A stretch of DNA of 64,000 nucleotides from a virus (taxonomy: Duplodnaviria > Caudoviricetes), in the IMG/VR virus record IMGVR_UViG_3300005259_000074, positions 96,001-160,000 of that record. One strand, written 5' to 3'. Positions 35,203-46,144 of this stretch are shown piece after piece. Below the pieces are notes generated by a model that worked only from the letters and a program-made list of their open reading frames with translations, was not told the DNA's origin and searched no databases. Each line of letters starts with the position of its first letter. The first letter of the stretch is position 1. A program made the translations under genes and the position numbers.

Positions 35203-37080
35203 ATGGCTACTAACACGAATTACATGGTGTGGGGGGCCAACTCCATGCAGCAGGCGATCATCAACTCCCTGCAGAGCAACCCAGCGTTCACAGACCAGAT
35301 ATTCACTGACTCTAATTTATCAGTCCTCATAGACGTGTTCGCTTACATGTACGACGTGCTCGCTTACCAGATGAACCACGGTGCATCTGAGGCGATATTC
35401 ACAGATGCACAGCTATATGAGAACATGAACCGCATAGTCAAGATGCTCGGGTACAACCCGGCGGGTTTCACTACTTCGGTCGTCACGTGTCAGATGGGCA
35501 TAAAGGCCAGTGCTAGCATAACTCCAGGCATATACACCATCCCAAAATTCACAACTATAACTACTTCACTGGTAGACTCCAACTCTAATCCAGTGTCATT
35601 CTCGTTCGTCAACAACTACGTGTTCGTAGCGCAGTCGTCAACTTCTATATCTAGCGACTTCACACCCATCATCTACAACGGTTCTTGGAAACTGTACGAC
35701 AAGACGTTCGTCACTCAGGGCATACCGTTCGAAGCGTACGCCCTCACAGACTTAGTGCTGTGGGGCACCGATAGAGTGTACGTCGCAGACAAATACATGT
35801 ACGTCTACGCAGTTGACCAAGCTGGGGCAACTACTGAGTATGCGGCTTGCACTAACATATATGACTACGGTGCTAAAGACAACGTGTTCGAACTGAGGTT
35901 GAACGAGAACAGGCAGTACACACTGGAGTTCGGAGACGGCATCAATGGTTCTCTGCTTCCGGCCAACTCTACGCTGTACGTGGTGTACTTAGAATCTAAT
36001 GGAACAGCGGGTGAGATAGGAGCTAACGCTATCAACTCGACTTATGTTCCTGCAGTAGCTATTGCTGGTCTCGATGAGAGTTTCATCAAGAACAACATCT
36101 TAAAGGTGTCTGAGAACCCAGGCTTCATAACGTTCGGTTCAACTGCTGGGGCGTCTCTGGCTAACATAACTTTCTCCAACTCTAGCGCTTCTACCGCGGT
36201 CGTCGACCTCGAAGACGTAGACACCATGAGGACTAACGCTCCGGAGTGGTTTAGAATGGGCAGCAGACTCATAACAGCCAGAGACTTTAAGAACTACATA
36301 GAAGCAACTTACAAAGCCGAAGTGTACACTTGCTCGGTCCAGAACAACTGGGACTACATGGTAGAATTCCAAAAGTGGTTGAAAGACTTGAATAAGCTTA
36401 ACACCGACATCCGCTTCTATGGTTACACTTTTGCCGACTCGTGCGACTTCAACAACGTGTACGTGTGGTTGAAGTCTCCTGGGTCACTCCCAGTCGCGAC
36501 TTCAACCAAGAGGATCATAGAAAACGACTGCGACCAAAAGAAACCACTGACTTCTGAACTAGTGTTCTTAGACCCGTTCATCACGATGTTCGCCCCGTTT
36601 GTATCGACGACTTCCAATTACACTGCTGGTACTATCCCCTATCCATTCGAAGCTTGGGACCCAGACTACGAGAATAAGATCGTCTTGACTAGAGACAGAA
36701 ATACGATGATAACTGTTGAACGCATACAGCAACAAGCGCTGAGCGTCATCCAGACGTTCTTTGCAGTCACGAGCTGCGACTTAGGAATGACGATGGACTT
36801 CAACGCGCTGTACAACCAATTGATGGCGATCGAAGGCGTGAAGACTGTCCAGACTAGCTATCTCAAGGCTGGATCTGCAGCTAGCTCGACGACATATGTC
36901 AATGGGCTCTCTTTTGGAGTATGGACGCCTCACATAGCGCTCGGTACAGACTTCGTCCCAGCAGCAGGGAACTTTAAGCTCAAGAGTTTTCAATTCCCAC
37001 AGTTGTACAACGCGGCGAGCTTTGCCAACAGCATATCAGTCGTCAGCGACAGCTATAATGTGAACGACGTCGAGTTTTAA
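35203..37080 (+). CDS. gp6: baseplate wedge subunit gp6-like
   Basis: FTDSNLSVLIDVFAY, EAIF.DAQL.EN...K.LGY.P, LEFGDG.NG, Y..SNG..G, RLITARDF. Confidence 0.9.
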   Translation: MATNTNYMVWGANSMQQAIINSLQSNPAFTDQIFTDSNLSVLIDVFAYMYDVLAYQMNHGASEAIFTDAQLYENMNRIVKMLGYNPAGFTTSVVTCQMGIKASASITPGIYTIPKFTTITTSLVDSNSNPVSFSFVNNYVFVAQSSTSISSDFTPIIYNGSWKLYDKTFVTQGIPFEAYALTDLVLWGTDRVYVADKYMYVYAVDQAGATTEYAACTNIYDYGAKDNVFELRLNENRQYTLEFGDGINGSLLPANSTLYVVYLESNGTAGEIGANAINSTYVPAVAIAGLDESFIKNNILKVSENPGFITFGSTAGASLANITFSNSSASTAVVDLEDVDTMRTNAPEWFRMGSRLITARDFKNYIEATYKAEVYTCSVQNNWDYMVEFQKWLKDLNKLNTDIRFYGYTFADSCDFNNVYVWLKSPGSLPVATSTKRIIENDCDQKKPLTSELVFLDPFITMFAPFVSTTSNYTAGTIPYPFEAWDPDYENKIVLTRDRNTMITVERIQQQALSVIQTFFAVTSCDLGMTMDFNALYNQLMAIEGVKTVQTSYLKAGSAASSTTYVNGLSFGVWTPHIALGTDFVPAAGNFKLKSFQFPQLYNAASFANSISVVSDSYNVNDVEF

Positions 37081-37151
37081 TCCACTCTGCCCACAAAAAG
37101 AGTGTAAATAAAGCGTAGCGATCGCTCTACTTTCATCTACAAGGGACACAA

Positions 37152-39920
37152 ATGGCGCTTAACCTAACTTCGTTCCCAATCAACACCTCTGATGGGACAG
37201 CATCCGAATCATCTATCGGTCTCTGTCCGATAATGTACCAAGACGTGACTGCTTCGGGCAATACTGCGACAGTGAACAGCGAGTACGGAGTCCGAAAAGG
37301 CATTGGAGACTCTCTGAGTGGCGCAGTGTCTGGCTTGAACTACGGCGTGGGCGCTCCAGTTTATGCTGGTAACACCACCGACCCGCTGAATGTATACGCA
37401 GACGTTCGCAGTGTCACATCTTACAGTCCTCGGTTCGTCTTTGAAGACACTGGAAACGGACTGACTATCGGTTACGATGGCTCGTACGGCTCTTCTTACT
37501 TTTCAACGTCTTCGCACTTCGTCCAAGGAGGATCGTTGCAAGCGTTAGGCCACCTGAACATCGTCGACATAAACGGTTCTTACACTGGCAATTACTTCGG
37601 AGATGGCACTGACGGCGTGTACAACGTCACATCTGACACGTACCTACAATCGACAACTGACGGAGACGCAGTAGTACTTCACACGACCCAACTGAATGTA
37701 GCTGCTGGTACGACGCTGACGACGCTGACTCGCTGTAAAGCTCTCATAGCATATGTCCAAGGAGACCTCAACGTCGATGGGACTATCACAATGACTGCTA
37801 GGGGTGCTAATGTGGATCCAATCGCAGCGGGAGTGCCGGTCAGCGGGTTGCAATTCATCAGGTCCACACCGGGAGGCACGCAGTCTCTGACTTCTAGCGT
37901 CGTCAACGGTATGGGATCCAGCGCTATCACCGCAGAAGCCAAACAACTGGCGACTTCTACTGGCACGCTGTTCACGATATCGAGAGGAGGAGCTGCTGCA
38001 AAAGTCAGCGGATCTTCTGGGGATACTACTGGCACAGCTTTCGTGTTCGAAAATGGCAACGATGGGACTACTGGTAAGTCTGGTTCAGGAGGCACAGGAG
38101 TCGTCTCTGCGACGTCTAACGCATGGTCTACTGGAGCGGCTGGAACGTGTTTCGGAGGGGGAAGTGGAGGAGGCGCTGCTATTGGTGGGTCTAACTTGAC
38201 TTCGACTGCTACTGCTAACGGAGGCAAGGGTGGAGATGGTGTCGGTTCAGCCGCCGCGGGGTCCGGGGCGGGTAACCCCGCGGGAACTCCTGCTAATAGC
38301 GGTCTCGCTGGTAGCACTGGCACTGGAGGCACTCTAATACTGATAGTCGGCGGCAACGTCAGAGTCAGCAGTACCGGCTCTATAACTGCCAACGGTTCAA
38401 ACGGAAATGGTTCTTTAACGCTCGCTTCTGGTGGAGCTTCTGGAGGGGGCAACATACTGATACTATACGCGGGACAGCTGATAAATTCCGGTACCATATC
38501 GGCGAACGGAGGCACTAGCGGCACGTGGTCGACCACGACTGCCAGGGCTGGTCATGGCTCAGTGCAGATAGCTCAAGTCAGCGAACAGGGGTCATTCGTC
38601 GGTTTCAGCGATACGCTAGTGCCTGTGTGCGCTAACATGCAGAACACCAGCATGATGCAAGATCACATCGTCAGCGGAGCCGCTTTAAACACTTGGAACT
38701 CTGACGTGGCTATCGCGAAGATAAGTGTGAAGACTCCAGTCGAGAGCGCATTCAGTCTATCTGGAGTCCCTGTAGCCATAGGTTACAGGGCCAACGAACA
38801 AGACTTGTTCACGCAGATAGGCGCGTTCACCACTAGGAACAGGCTGCAAGTGCAGACTGAGGGTGAAGAGATACCACTTGTGTACACGCAGAACATGTAC
38901 CAGACGCAGTACGTCTATTTCACTACTCCGAGCACCATAGTCGCTTACATGTCAGGTGCAGTCTTAGGGTTGACGGGAGAAGCAGACGTGAGAGTGTTCT
39001 TTGACCAAGTCAAGTACTCTTATGGCCAAGGAGTCGGCGTGTACCCATCTAGCTCTACTTCAGATGGTTCTAACGTCACTTCTGTCGTGAAAGTCGACTT
39101 CAGCACAGTGTTCCCAAGCGTGCAGGGTAGCATGGGTTCTCCTCGCGAGTACGCAGCTTCGGCATCCGCTCGTTCTTTCTCGTACCTTGCGGGAGGACTC
39201 ACTCTGTCTGGAACGACTACGACCACTATTCAGCGGTACTCGACTAGCTATTTCAACGCGACGGCCCAGTCTAGGTCTGCGCTGTCTGTCTCGCGCGGCA
39301 AGCTGTCGGCCGCAGCTAACTACAACTTCGGATGGTTCTTCGGAGGACTTACTAACAACACTACTCCAGTAGCGACTATAGATCGTCTATCATTCTCAGA
39401 CGACACTACTTCAGCGTCTTCTAGAGCTTCTCTGGTGAACAGCCAAGCTAAGCACACGTCGTTCACTGAAAGGACATCTCCAGCAAATACATGGATATGT
39501 GGCGGTGGAATAGCGAACGACGCTTCGCAACAGGCGTTCGCGACTGTAGTCCAGAAGTATACTTTCGCGACTGACACGTCTAACGCATCCAACAGAGCGA
39601 CGTTGGCTTCAGCTAGCGAGTACTCCGGTAGGGGTTCTTCTACTACTAAGGGATGGGTGTTTGACGGTTATTCTAACTCGTCGACTAGTTCAGTCGTACA
39701 GTCTCTGACATTTTCCAACGACACTGCCGCGACTATAGCTGAATTGAACGACATAGTAGCGCGGAAGTGTCCGGCGAATTCGACGAGTTTAGACGGTTCT
39801 GCACAGTTGTTGGTGGGTTCTTCAGTGACTAAGATAACGTTCGCCAACAGCACAGCAGCACTCGAGACCACTTACAGCAATTTCGGGTCGTATTCGACCG
39901 GATGGACAGGAGCATCTTAA
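37152..39920 (+). CDS. tail fibre/spike paralog 1 (Gly-rich domain + C-terminal Kelch-like propeller)
   Basis: Late promoter TGTAAATA 37103-37110; GGxG-rich segment; six ~48-aa propeller repeats. Confidence 0.75.
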   Translation: MALNLTSFPINTSDGTASESSIGLCPIMYQDVTASGNTATVNSEYGVRKGIGDSLSGAVSGLNYGVGAPVYAGNTTDPLNVYADVRSVTSYSPRFVFEDTGNGLTIGYDGSYGSSYFSTSSHFVQGGSLQALGHLNIVDINGSYTGNYFGDGTDGVYNVTSDTYLQSTTDGDAVVLHTTQLNVAAGTTLTTLTRCKALIAYVQGDLNVDGTITMTARGANVDPIAAGVPVSGLQFIRSTPGGTQSLTSSVVNGMGSSAITAEAKQLATSTGTLFTISRGGAAAKVSGSSGDTTGTAFVFENGNDGTTGKSGSGGTGVVSATSNAWSTGAAGTCFGGGSGGGAAIGGSNLTSTATANGGKGGDGVGSAAAGSGAGNPAGTPANSGLAGSTGTGGTLILIVGGNVRVSSTGSITANGSNGNGSLTLASGGASGGGNILILYAGQLINSGTISANGGTSGTWSTTTARAGHGSVQIAQVSEQGSFVGFSDTLVPVCANMQNTSMMQDHIVSGAALNTWNSDVAIAKISVKTPVESAFSLSGVPVAIGYRANEQDLFTQIGAFTTRNRLQVQTEGEEIPLVYTQNMYQTQYVYFTTPSTIVAYMSGAVLGLTGEADVRVFFDQVKYSYGQGVGVYPSSSTSDGSNVTSVVKVDFSTVFPSVQGSMGSPREYAASASARSFSYLAGGLTLSGTTTTTIQRYSTSYFNATAQSRSALSVSRGKLSAAANYNFGWFFGGLTNNTTPVATIDRLSFSDDTTSASSRASLVNSQAKHTSFTERTSPANTWICGGGIANDASQQAFATVVQKYTFATDTSNASNRATLASASEYSGRGSSTTKGWVFDGYSNSSTSSVVQSLTFSNDTAATIAELNDIVARKCPANSTSLDGSAQLLVGSSVTKITFANSTAALETTYSNFGSYSTGWTGAS

Positions 39921-42900
39921 TGGGCAAGATAGTCAAATTTCCAGTCGCAGTCACCACGCAGACAGCGAGCGAGACGCAGTACGGGCTGTGCCCAATGTTG
40001 GAGGCGACGGTCCGCACCGAAGCTAACGCTGGAGCCGACGCAGTCGCGTCCGACAGTGCAGTTAGAGCTGCTATCGACGCGTTCAATCCTTCTGTCGAAG
40101 CCGTGTCTATAGGAGCGGGAACAGCTGTCCTCAACACAGTCATCGCAGGAAATCCCAACACGGTGACGTTCAACTCGATAGCGGGTCGCGGTTTCATCAC
40201 AGCGACTGCGCAGGATGACACAATAGTGCTTGGAACTATGCAAGCTGGATATCCGGAAAGTGCATCTCCTTCTGCGGAAATTTCTCTCTTTAGGACGATC
40301 AACGGAGGAGTGCTCCAAGAAGCCAGCACGGTAGACAATGGAACTTTTTCGTCCAGCATCACCACGACCGAGAACATAACAGCAGGCATCCCTGTGACTG
40401 TGTCTGCCAGGTTCAATGCGTGCACTATCATCGGTTCGCAGTTCGCTAACACCGCGCCCACACCCACAAACAACAACGTCTTAGCTGAAGGAGCCGTCTA
40501 CTTAGCAGTACCAGATGGAACGTACCGCATAACTTATCTGAATGGCGCGACGAAATACAATTCGAGCTACGCTTACAATCAACCGTTGACTACTAACCAA
40601 GGGATGATGTACTGCAACAACACTGCTCTTCCAGGATACACTGCATCTAGTGGATATTCGACTCTTACTGCTGCTCAAGCCGCTTATACGTCACAATACG
40701 TTACGGTGACAGTCAGCGGAGGGGTTGGACTGTACTTCTGGTTCAACGCTACGACTAACACTAACTGCTCGGGATTCGTCCAGTATATGATAAGCGCAGT
40801 CAACCTCGTCAGCGTTAGCGCGATGATGAACGCGTCCAATGGCTATAATAACTCGAACACGTGGACGAGCACAACTTATGTTCCCGCGGCGCTCTCCGAC
40901 ACGAATATTCCTGGAGGCACTGAAGGACCGGTGCGCGTAGCGGTGCCGGATGGGACTTACCGAGTGACTTACGTCAACGGAGGGGTCACCTACCACTCTT
41001 ACAGCGCTGGACCAGTTGACGTCACCGACGGACTTGTCGCACAGTGGATGCTCAACGGCGACACGACTGATTCTCAAGGAGTCAGGAATGCGACCAACGT
41101 AGGAGTGACTTTCACTTACGAGAGTATTTTCTCTAGATCTGCTGGTGTGTTCGGAGGTTCTGGGTGGGCTTATTTCTCTCAGTCTGGAGTACCACTTGTA
41201 AACACCGCTCGTTCTATTTGCGGTTGGATGAAGATATCATCAAGCTACGGAGGTTCTGGAGGATACGCTACAGTGTTCTCGATGGGCACTTATGGTTCAT
41301 CGGGGTACACTGACCACGGTTTCGCACTGTCGGTAGACAGCGGGTACTTGAGCGCCCAATTCGGCAACTCTTACCACAACTACACAGCTTACAATAAAAT
41401 CCTCACTGACTCGACGTGGCACCACGTCGCTATGACTTGGAGTGGTTCCACTGTCATTCTTTACATCGACGGAGTAGCTTATTTGAGTGTTGCTAGGAGC
41501 GCCATCAACACCGTCAACGGTTACGGATACGGTTCGATAGGTACGATGTACGACGGCGCTAATGGACCTCAGTACACACTACTCGGTGAGTTGGCCGACT
41601 GGAGACTGTACAACAGAGTGTTGACTGCGTCTGACGTAGCTAACATAATGACTTATGACACTACTTCTAGTGGTTCTGGCACAGTCGCTGACCCATATGG
41701 TATGTGGAACGTTCCGTTCTCAACATATGCTGGGTCAAATCCAGTGATTGCAGCATTTCCAAATGGTGGAAAAGTTTTCTGCAATCAGACGGAGCTTCAG
41801 GGTTTTTCTAACGTGGCGGGTTATTCTTCAGTAGTGGCAGCTCAACAAGTGTACGCTGGACAGTATACCGACGTCATCGCAACGAACGGCCTCGGTTTGA
41901 ACTTCTGGTATGGCGATGTGACTAACTATGGTTATGACAACCGCGGACGCATAACTTACAGCATCGCTAAAGTCATTCCCTCGACAGAAGAGTCGTACGA
42001 CGCTTTCTACGACGTGCAAGGAGGCGACGCCATCGGAAAGATAATGATGAAGTGCACAACTCCCTTCACTACGACTAATGGAAGCGCAAAACTCAGCGTC
42101 GGAATCGAAGGAGAGAGTTCTGTTAACGCTTGGCCGACGACAGTGACGATCAACCCAGTGATGGATTGTTGCAAAGCAGATGCGACAGTGTGGACTAATG
42201 GAGTGCCTCCTATAGCAGTCGATGACATCAACAATATAGCAACTGGAGCGTTCAAACTGGATGTGCCAGATGGAACGTACCGCATAACTTATGCGGCTGG
42301 AGCTGTGTGGGGGGCGGGAGTCGTCTCGACTAACCCTTGGAATCAGACGGTGTACTACGCTCAAGGTTATGCTTATGGACCGACTAGCGGCGGCACAGTG
42401 TATAACAGGTCTACGCTGGCGGCATGCTGGAGTGGAGCTGCTTTCGTCAACGGGACTCGCCTTCCAGGTTTCAACGGTGGATTGGTCGGGACTAGCGGAG
42501 TGAATCAGTACACTCAAGGTTACGCGACCTTCGCAGCAGCTCAAGCTGCTAACGTCGGATCTTACATTGACTTCACTGTCACTGGTGGGACTGGATTATG
42601 GTTCTACTTCACTGACTTAGGAGAGGGCAACTACCACAACGAAGGTTACGTTTCTTACACAGTGTTTCCGCTGTCATACACAGGTTCTCTAGACATGCAA
42701 GTTTCAGTATCTGCAGCTTACAACCTGTGTCCAACGGTGTCAACCTCTTACAAAGTTCAACCGTCTTACTCAGCAATAGGACCTTACAACTCTACTGGGT
42801 GGGGTCCAGGTAGTCTCGACACTCCACTCACTACGGACTGCCCGAACATTCCAGGAGCTACTCATGTTCCAGTATCTGACGGAATATACAGGATAACGTA

Positions 42901-44395
42901 TGTCGACGGAGCCGTCAACTACGACTATTCTTCGTGGTTCACTACTGCTGGAGCTAGCTCTATCTTATTCAACATCCCGTTCTCGGCGTTCTTAAACGAT
43001 TATGTGTACGAGTATGGTTTGAGTTCAATGTATCCTCTCGCTAGGAACAACGAGGGTAGGATGTACTGCAATGCGACCCCACTTCCTGGATTTGATTACT
43101 CTTATGGTTTTTCGACGGTCGCAGCAGCTGCGAACTACTACTCAGGAGACTACATCGACATCACTGTCACTGGTGGAGATGGTTTGTGGTTCTATTATGC
43201 TGACTCTTCTGGAAAACCCTGCAACAACATGGGACGCATCTCTTATAAGATAACACAGATAACAGATGATACGGAAGCATTAGTCGAGTCTTTCGATCTT
43301 CCGACAACTACTGGATTGGTGACTCCAACTTATGGGACAAAGCTCTATGATAAAGTGCAGTACTTCGACGCTGCTGGGTCTCCGGACAAAGACGTTGAAG
43401 AGTCTAACTCGATATCTCCGGGTACCGCGATAAAGGTGTACAAGTCAGGGACTGGAGTCATAACGGGAGGCGAGCTTAAAGTCGTGGTGTTCTACGACAA
43501 GAGCACTCCTTACGGGTACATCATGGGAACGGTCGACCGGCAGATCGATAAGTTCTACTTGGGGACAGACTTGGTGAGGAACTCGTCGAGAGACGTGTAC
43601 AACTACGGCCAGGTGTCGTTCTACGGCAGCGTCGGAAATGAGAGTCAAGGCACTGCTTATTTGGGTGGCGGAAAGAATTCTGTGTCGACCGTCAATGCAG
43701 TCATCCAACGAAGTGTCGCCTCCACGGACACCGTGACACCCATAGTGAGATCTCAGTTGACGTCTGCGCGGTCTAACTTACATTCTTTCAAATCTTCTTC
43801 TAGCGCATATTTCGTCGGAGGATTGACTACTTCATCTCCGACATATGCGATAGATAAACTCGGTTTTGCAAACGATACTTCTGCAGTCACGTCTGCTGCT
43901 AACTTATCTACCGCTCTTTACGGAGTGGCGTCGGCGAGCGACGGAAATGGTGGAATGGCGTACTTCTGCGGCGGGCGCAATGCTTCTTACACTACCGACG
44001 TTGTGTCAAAAATGCTCCCATCGAGCGACACTATCATGGGTCTTTCTTCCGTCTCTCTGACTCAAGCTCGGTATAATGCTGCTACGGGAAGCGACTCGAC
44101 CAGCGTGTACGTAGTCAACGGCAGAGACTCTTCTACTTCCAGTAGGTACTCGAACGTAGATAAGATAAACACGTTCGCTGACACCGGTGCGGCGTCTTGG
44201 GCTTCGCCGACTGCCCTAGACGGTCAGGGAGTCATCGGAACGTCTCAGGCGATGTACTTAGTCGGGGGAGCCGACAGTAGCCTCGAATACGGTTTCATAA
44301 CTAAGCTCAATTTCTCCGACAGCACGGTGTCGTTCGTCTCGCAGATAGCTGGGACGACATACGGTGGCGGTGGAGCTACAATAACAAGAAGGTGA
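39920..44395 (+). CDS. tail fibre paralog 2 (four VPDGTYRITY modules, LamG/ConA lectin, Kelch-like propeller)
   Basis: AGGAG RBS; LamG pattern GLVAQW.LNG...WHHVAMT...LYIDG...G.L.D.RLYNR.LT..DV. Confidence 0.8.
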   Translation: MGKIVKFPVAVTTQTASETQYGLCPMLEATVRTEANAGADAVASDSAVRAAIDAFNPSVEAVSIGAGTAVLNTVIAGNPNTVTFNSIAGRGFITATAQDDTIVLGTMQAGYPESASPSAEISLFRTINGGVLQEASTVDNGTFSSSITTTENITAGIPVTVSARFNACTIIGSQFANTAPTPTNNNVLAEGAVYLAVPDGTYRITYLNGATKYNSSYAYNQPLTTNQGMMYCNNTALPGYTASSGYSTLTAAQAAYTSQYVTVTVSGGVGLYFWFNATTNTNCSGFVQYMISAVNLVSVSAMMNASNGYNNSNTWTSTTYVPAALSDTNIPGGTEGPVRVAVPDGTYRVTYVNGGVTYHSYSAGPVDVTDGLVAQWMLNGDTTDSQGVRNATNVGVTFTYESIFSRSAGVFGGSGWAYFSQSGVPLVNTARSICGWMKISSSYGGSGGYATVFSMGTYGSSGYTDHGFALSVDSGYLSAQFGNSYHNYTAYNKILTDSTWHHVAMTWSGSTVILYIDGVAYLSVARSAINTVNGYGYGSIGTMYDGANGPQYTLLGELADWRLYNRVLTASDVANIMTYDTTSSGSGTVADPYGMWNVPFSTYAGSNPVIAAFPNGGKVFCNQTELQGFSNVAGYSSVVAAQQVYAGQYTDVIATNGLGLNFWYGDVTNYGYDNRGRITYSIAKVIPSTEESYDAFYDVQGGDAIGKIMMKCTTPFTTTNGSAKLSVGIEGESSVNAWPTTVTINPVMDCCKADATVWTNGVPPIAVDDINNIATGAFKLDVPDGTYRITYAAGAVWGAGVVSTNPWNQTVYYAQGYAYGPTSGGTVYNRSTLAACWSGAAFVNGTRLPGFNGGLVGTSGVNQYTQGYATFAAAQAANVGSYIDFTVTGGTGLWFYFTDLGEGNYHNEGYVSYTVFPLSYTGSLDMQVSVSAAYNLCPTVSTSYKVQPSYSAIGPYNSTGWGPGSLDTPLTTDCPNIPGATHVPVSDGIYRITYVDGAVNYDYSSWFTTAGASSILFNIPFSAFLNDYVYEYGLSSMYPLARNNEGRMYCNATPLPGFDYSYGFSTVAAAANYYSGDYIDITVTGGDGLWFYYADSSGKPCNNMGRISYKITQITDDTEALVESFDLPTTTGLVTPTYGTKLYDKVQYFDAAGSPDKDVEESNSISPGTAIKVYKSGTGVITGGELKVVVFYDKSTPYGYIMGTVDRQIDKFYLGTDLVRNSSRDVYNYGQVSFYGSVGNESQGTAYLGGGKNSVSTVNAVIQRSVASTDTVTPIVRSQLTSARSNLHSFKSSSSAYFVGGLTTSSPTYAIDKLGFANDTSAVTSAANLSTALYGVASASDGNGGMAYFCGGRNASYTTDVVSKMLPSSDTIMGLSSVSLTQARYNAATGSDSTSVYVVNGRDSSTSSRYSNVDKINTFADTGAASWASPTALDGQGVIGTSQAMYLVGGADSSLEYGFITKLNFSDSTVSFVSQIAGTTYGGGGATITRR

Positions 44396-44402
44396 TGTTG
44401 CG

Positions 44403-46115
44403 ATGGCTGTAGGTCAACTGACAAAATTCCCGATAAAGACGATCCTCGAGTTCGCCACCGACACGAGGAAGGGTATAATGCCCGTCCTCAAGTCTGAAGT
44501 CAAGATGCTCGAGGAAGCCAGCCCGTCCGGAGTGCCGTCTGAGCTGGCCGTCAGGAAGGCGATCAACCAGATCAACAGCCACGCGCAGTTCGAGAGCGTG
44601 GGCATTGGGATGCCGATATTCTCGCAGATGGCCGGGACGCAAGCTCAGATCAACTCTCTCATCCCATCTGGAGCAGACGCTATATGGTTAGACACCACGA
44701 CTAACACGGTCATGCTGTCGGGGTGGGCAGTGTCCTCTTCGACGTCGGCGACTCTAGACTACATCGTGTTCAACGAAGGAGACATGTGCGTCAACGACAG
44801 CGTCATAGTCATCGATCCTCCGCTGAACGGTTCGTCTGTGATAACGACTTATGGTATGTCGGTCCAGGGTGGGAAGAACCAGTACTGCGCTGAGATCAAC
44901 TACGACGAGCTGGCTACGTCTGGAGTGGCGATCGCGACTGCTTACAGAGACGACGTGATCGGAAAGATCTTCATCAAGTGCGAAGTACCCCTAGAGCAGA
45001 ACGGCTCTGTGTACAGCGTAGGAGACTGGACAGACAAGATCAAGTACACTCAGAACTTCTCGGCTCCTGTCAACGCAGGTCTGGTCAACTTCGAGTACGG
45101 GGACGGGATGACCAGCGAGTTCTCTTGGATCTCCGCTGCGTCAGCTGACATAGTGCTATGGACGTATGGCACGCCTCCAGTCACTGGTAAACTTGGATTT
45201 AGCATCTTTTATGACCACGTGAATTGGGCGCCTGACTTCGGTTACTACTTGGGTACAGGTGCGACGGACGTCATCAGGTTCGATTTGACTCAAGAAGACA
45301 ATTCGTTTTCATATAGAGCAGCGTTAGCAGCAAACACGACCAGCTACGGTGTGTTCCAAAATGGGTACAACATGTACGCCGCTGGTGGGATATGGACGGC
45401 TGTCATGGCGACGATCCAGAAGTACAACTCGAAGAACGACACGCTCGCTGCAGTCGCGACTAGCGTGCTGACTGTAGCGAGGATGTCCACCAGGGGCGCA
45501 AACTCAACTCTGGCTGGGTACGTGTTCGGAGGGCAGACTGCCTCAGCGTCGTCGGCAGTCGTAGACAAACTGACATTCTCGACAGACACCACGAACGCAA
45601 CGTCTAACGCTACGATGAACGCGGCTAGAGTCGGCGGGGGAACGGTCAGCAATAGCACTACGGCGATAGTCGCGGGAGGCTTCTCATACGGAGTGGTCCC
45701 GCTGTCTTCGATAGAGACTATGACGTTCTCCAGCGACACTACGATGGCACTGTCGTCTTCGACGCTGAGTGAGAACACTTACTGCATGTTCTCGTTCGAC
45801 GCATCTTCCTATGGGTATTTGGTGGGTGGTCAGACTGGTTACTCGAGTTTTCATAAATATAACTACTCGAGCGGAGGAGTGACGACTGTCAGCTCGTCGC
45901 TAGTCATGCCGCAGTACGCCGGATGCGACGTGCAGACGGTCGCTTATGGGTACGCGATCGGCGGGTACAGCAACGGGACGCCTGCTACTTTCGCGCAGAA
46001 GATAGACATGGCAACTGACACGGTGTCCGTAGTCAATTTCGAGTGTCCACAGCTGAAAGACGCTTATGGACACTCGTTAGGTCCGGCAACTGGATGTCCA
46101 GGACTATCAGTCTAA
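44403..46115 (+). CDS. tail fibre paralog 3 (minimal scaffold + Kelch-like propeller)
   Basis: N-terminus shares KFP...G(L/I)(C/M)P.L...AVR.AI with paralog 2; propeller repeats GY..GG....IDK.TFS.DT. Confidence 0.75.
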   Translation: MAVGQLTKFPIKTILEFATDTRKGIMPVLKSEVKMLEEASPSGVPSELAVRKAINQINSHAQFESVGIGMPIFSQMAGTQAQINSLIPSGADAIWLDTTTNTVMLSGWAVSSSTSATLDYIVFNEGDMCVNDSVIVIDPPLNGSSVITTYGMSVQGGKNQYCAEINYDELATSGVAIATAYRDDVIGKIFIKCEVPLEQNGSVYSVGDWTDKIKYTQNFSAPVNAGLVNFEYGDGMTSEFSWISAASADIVLWTYGTPPVTGKLGFSIFYDHVNWAPDFGYYLGTGATDVIRFDLTQEDNSFSYRAALAANTTSYGVFQNGYNMYAAGGIWTAVMATIQKYNSKNDTLAAVATSVLTVARMSTRGANSTLAGYVFGGQTASASSAVVDKLTFSTDTTNATSNATMNAARVGGGTVSNSTTAIVAGGFSYGVVPLSSIETMTFSSDTTMALSSSTLSENTYCMFSFDASSYGYLVGGQTGYSSFHKYNYSSGGVTTVSSSLVMPQYAGCDVQTVAYGYAIGGYSNGTPATFAQKIDMATDTVSVVNFECPQLKDAYGHSLGPATGCPGLSV

Positions 46116-46144
46116 GATGTAGTGTAACACGTTGGGAGACGTAA

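Noticed and set aside
37152-46115. Diversity-generating retroelement acting on the fibres
   Set aside because: No reverse transcriptase is in the window, and no template/variable repeat pair differing only at adenines was seen; the 78-bp pair differs at mixed bases and is intergenic.
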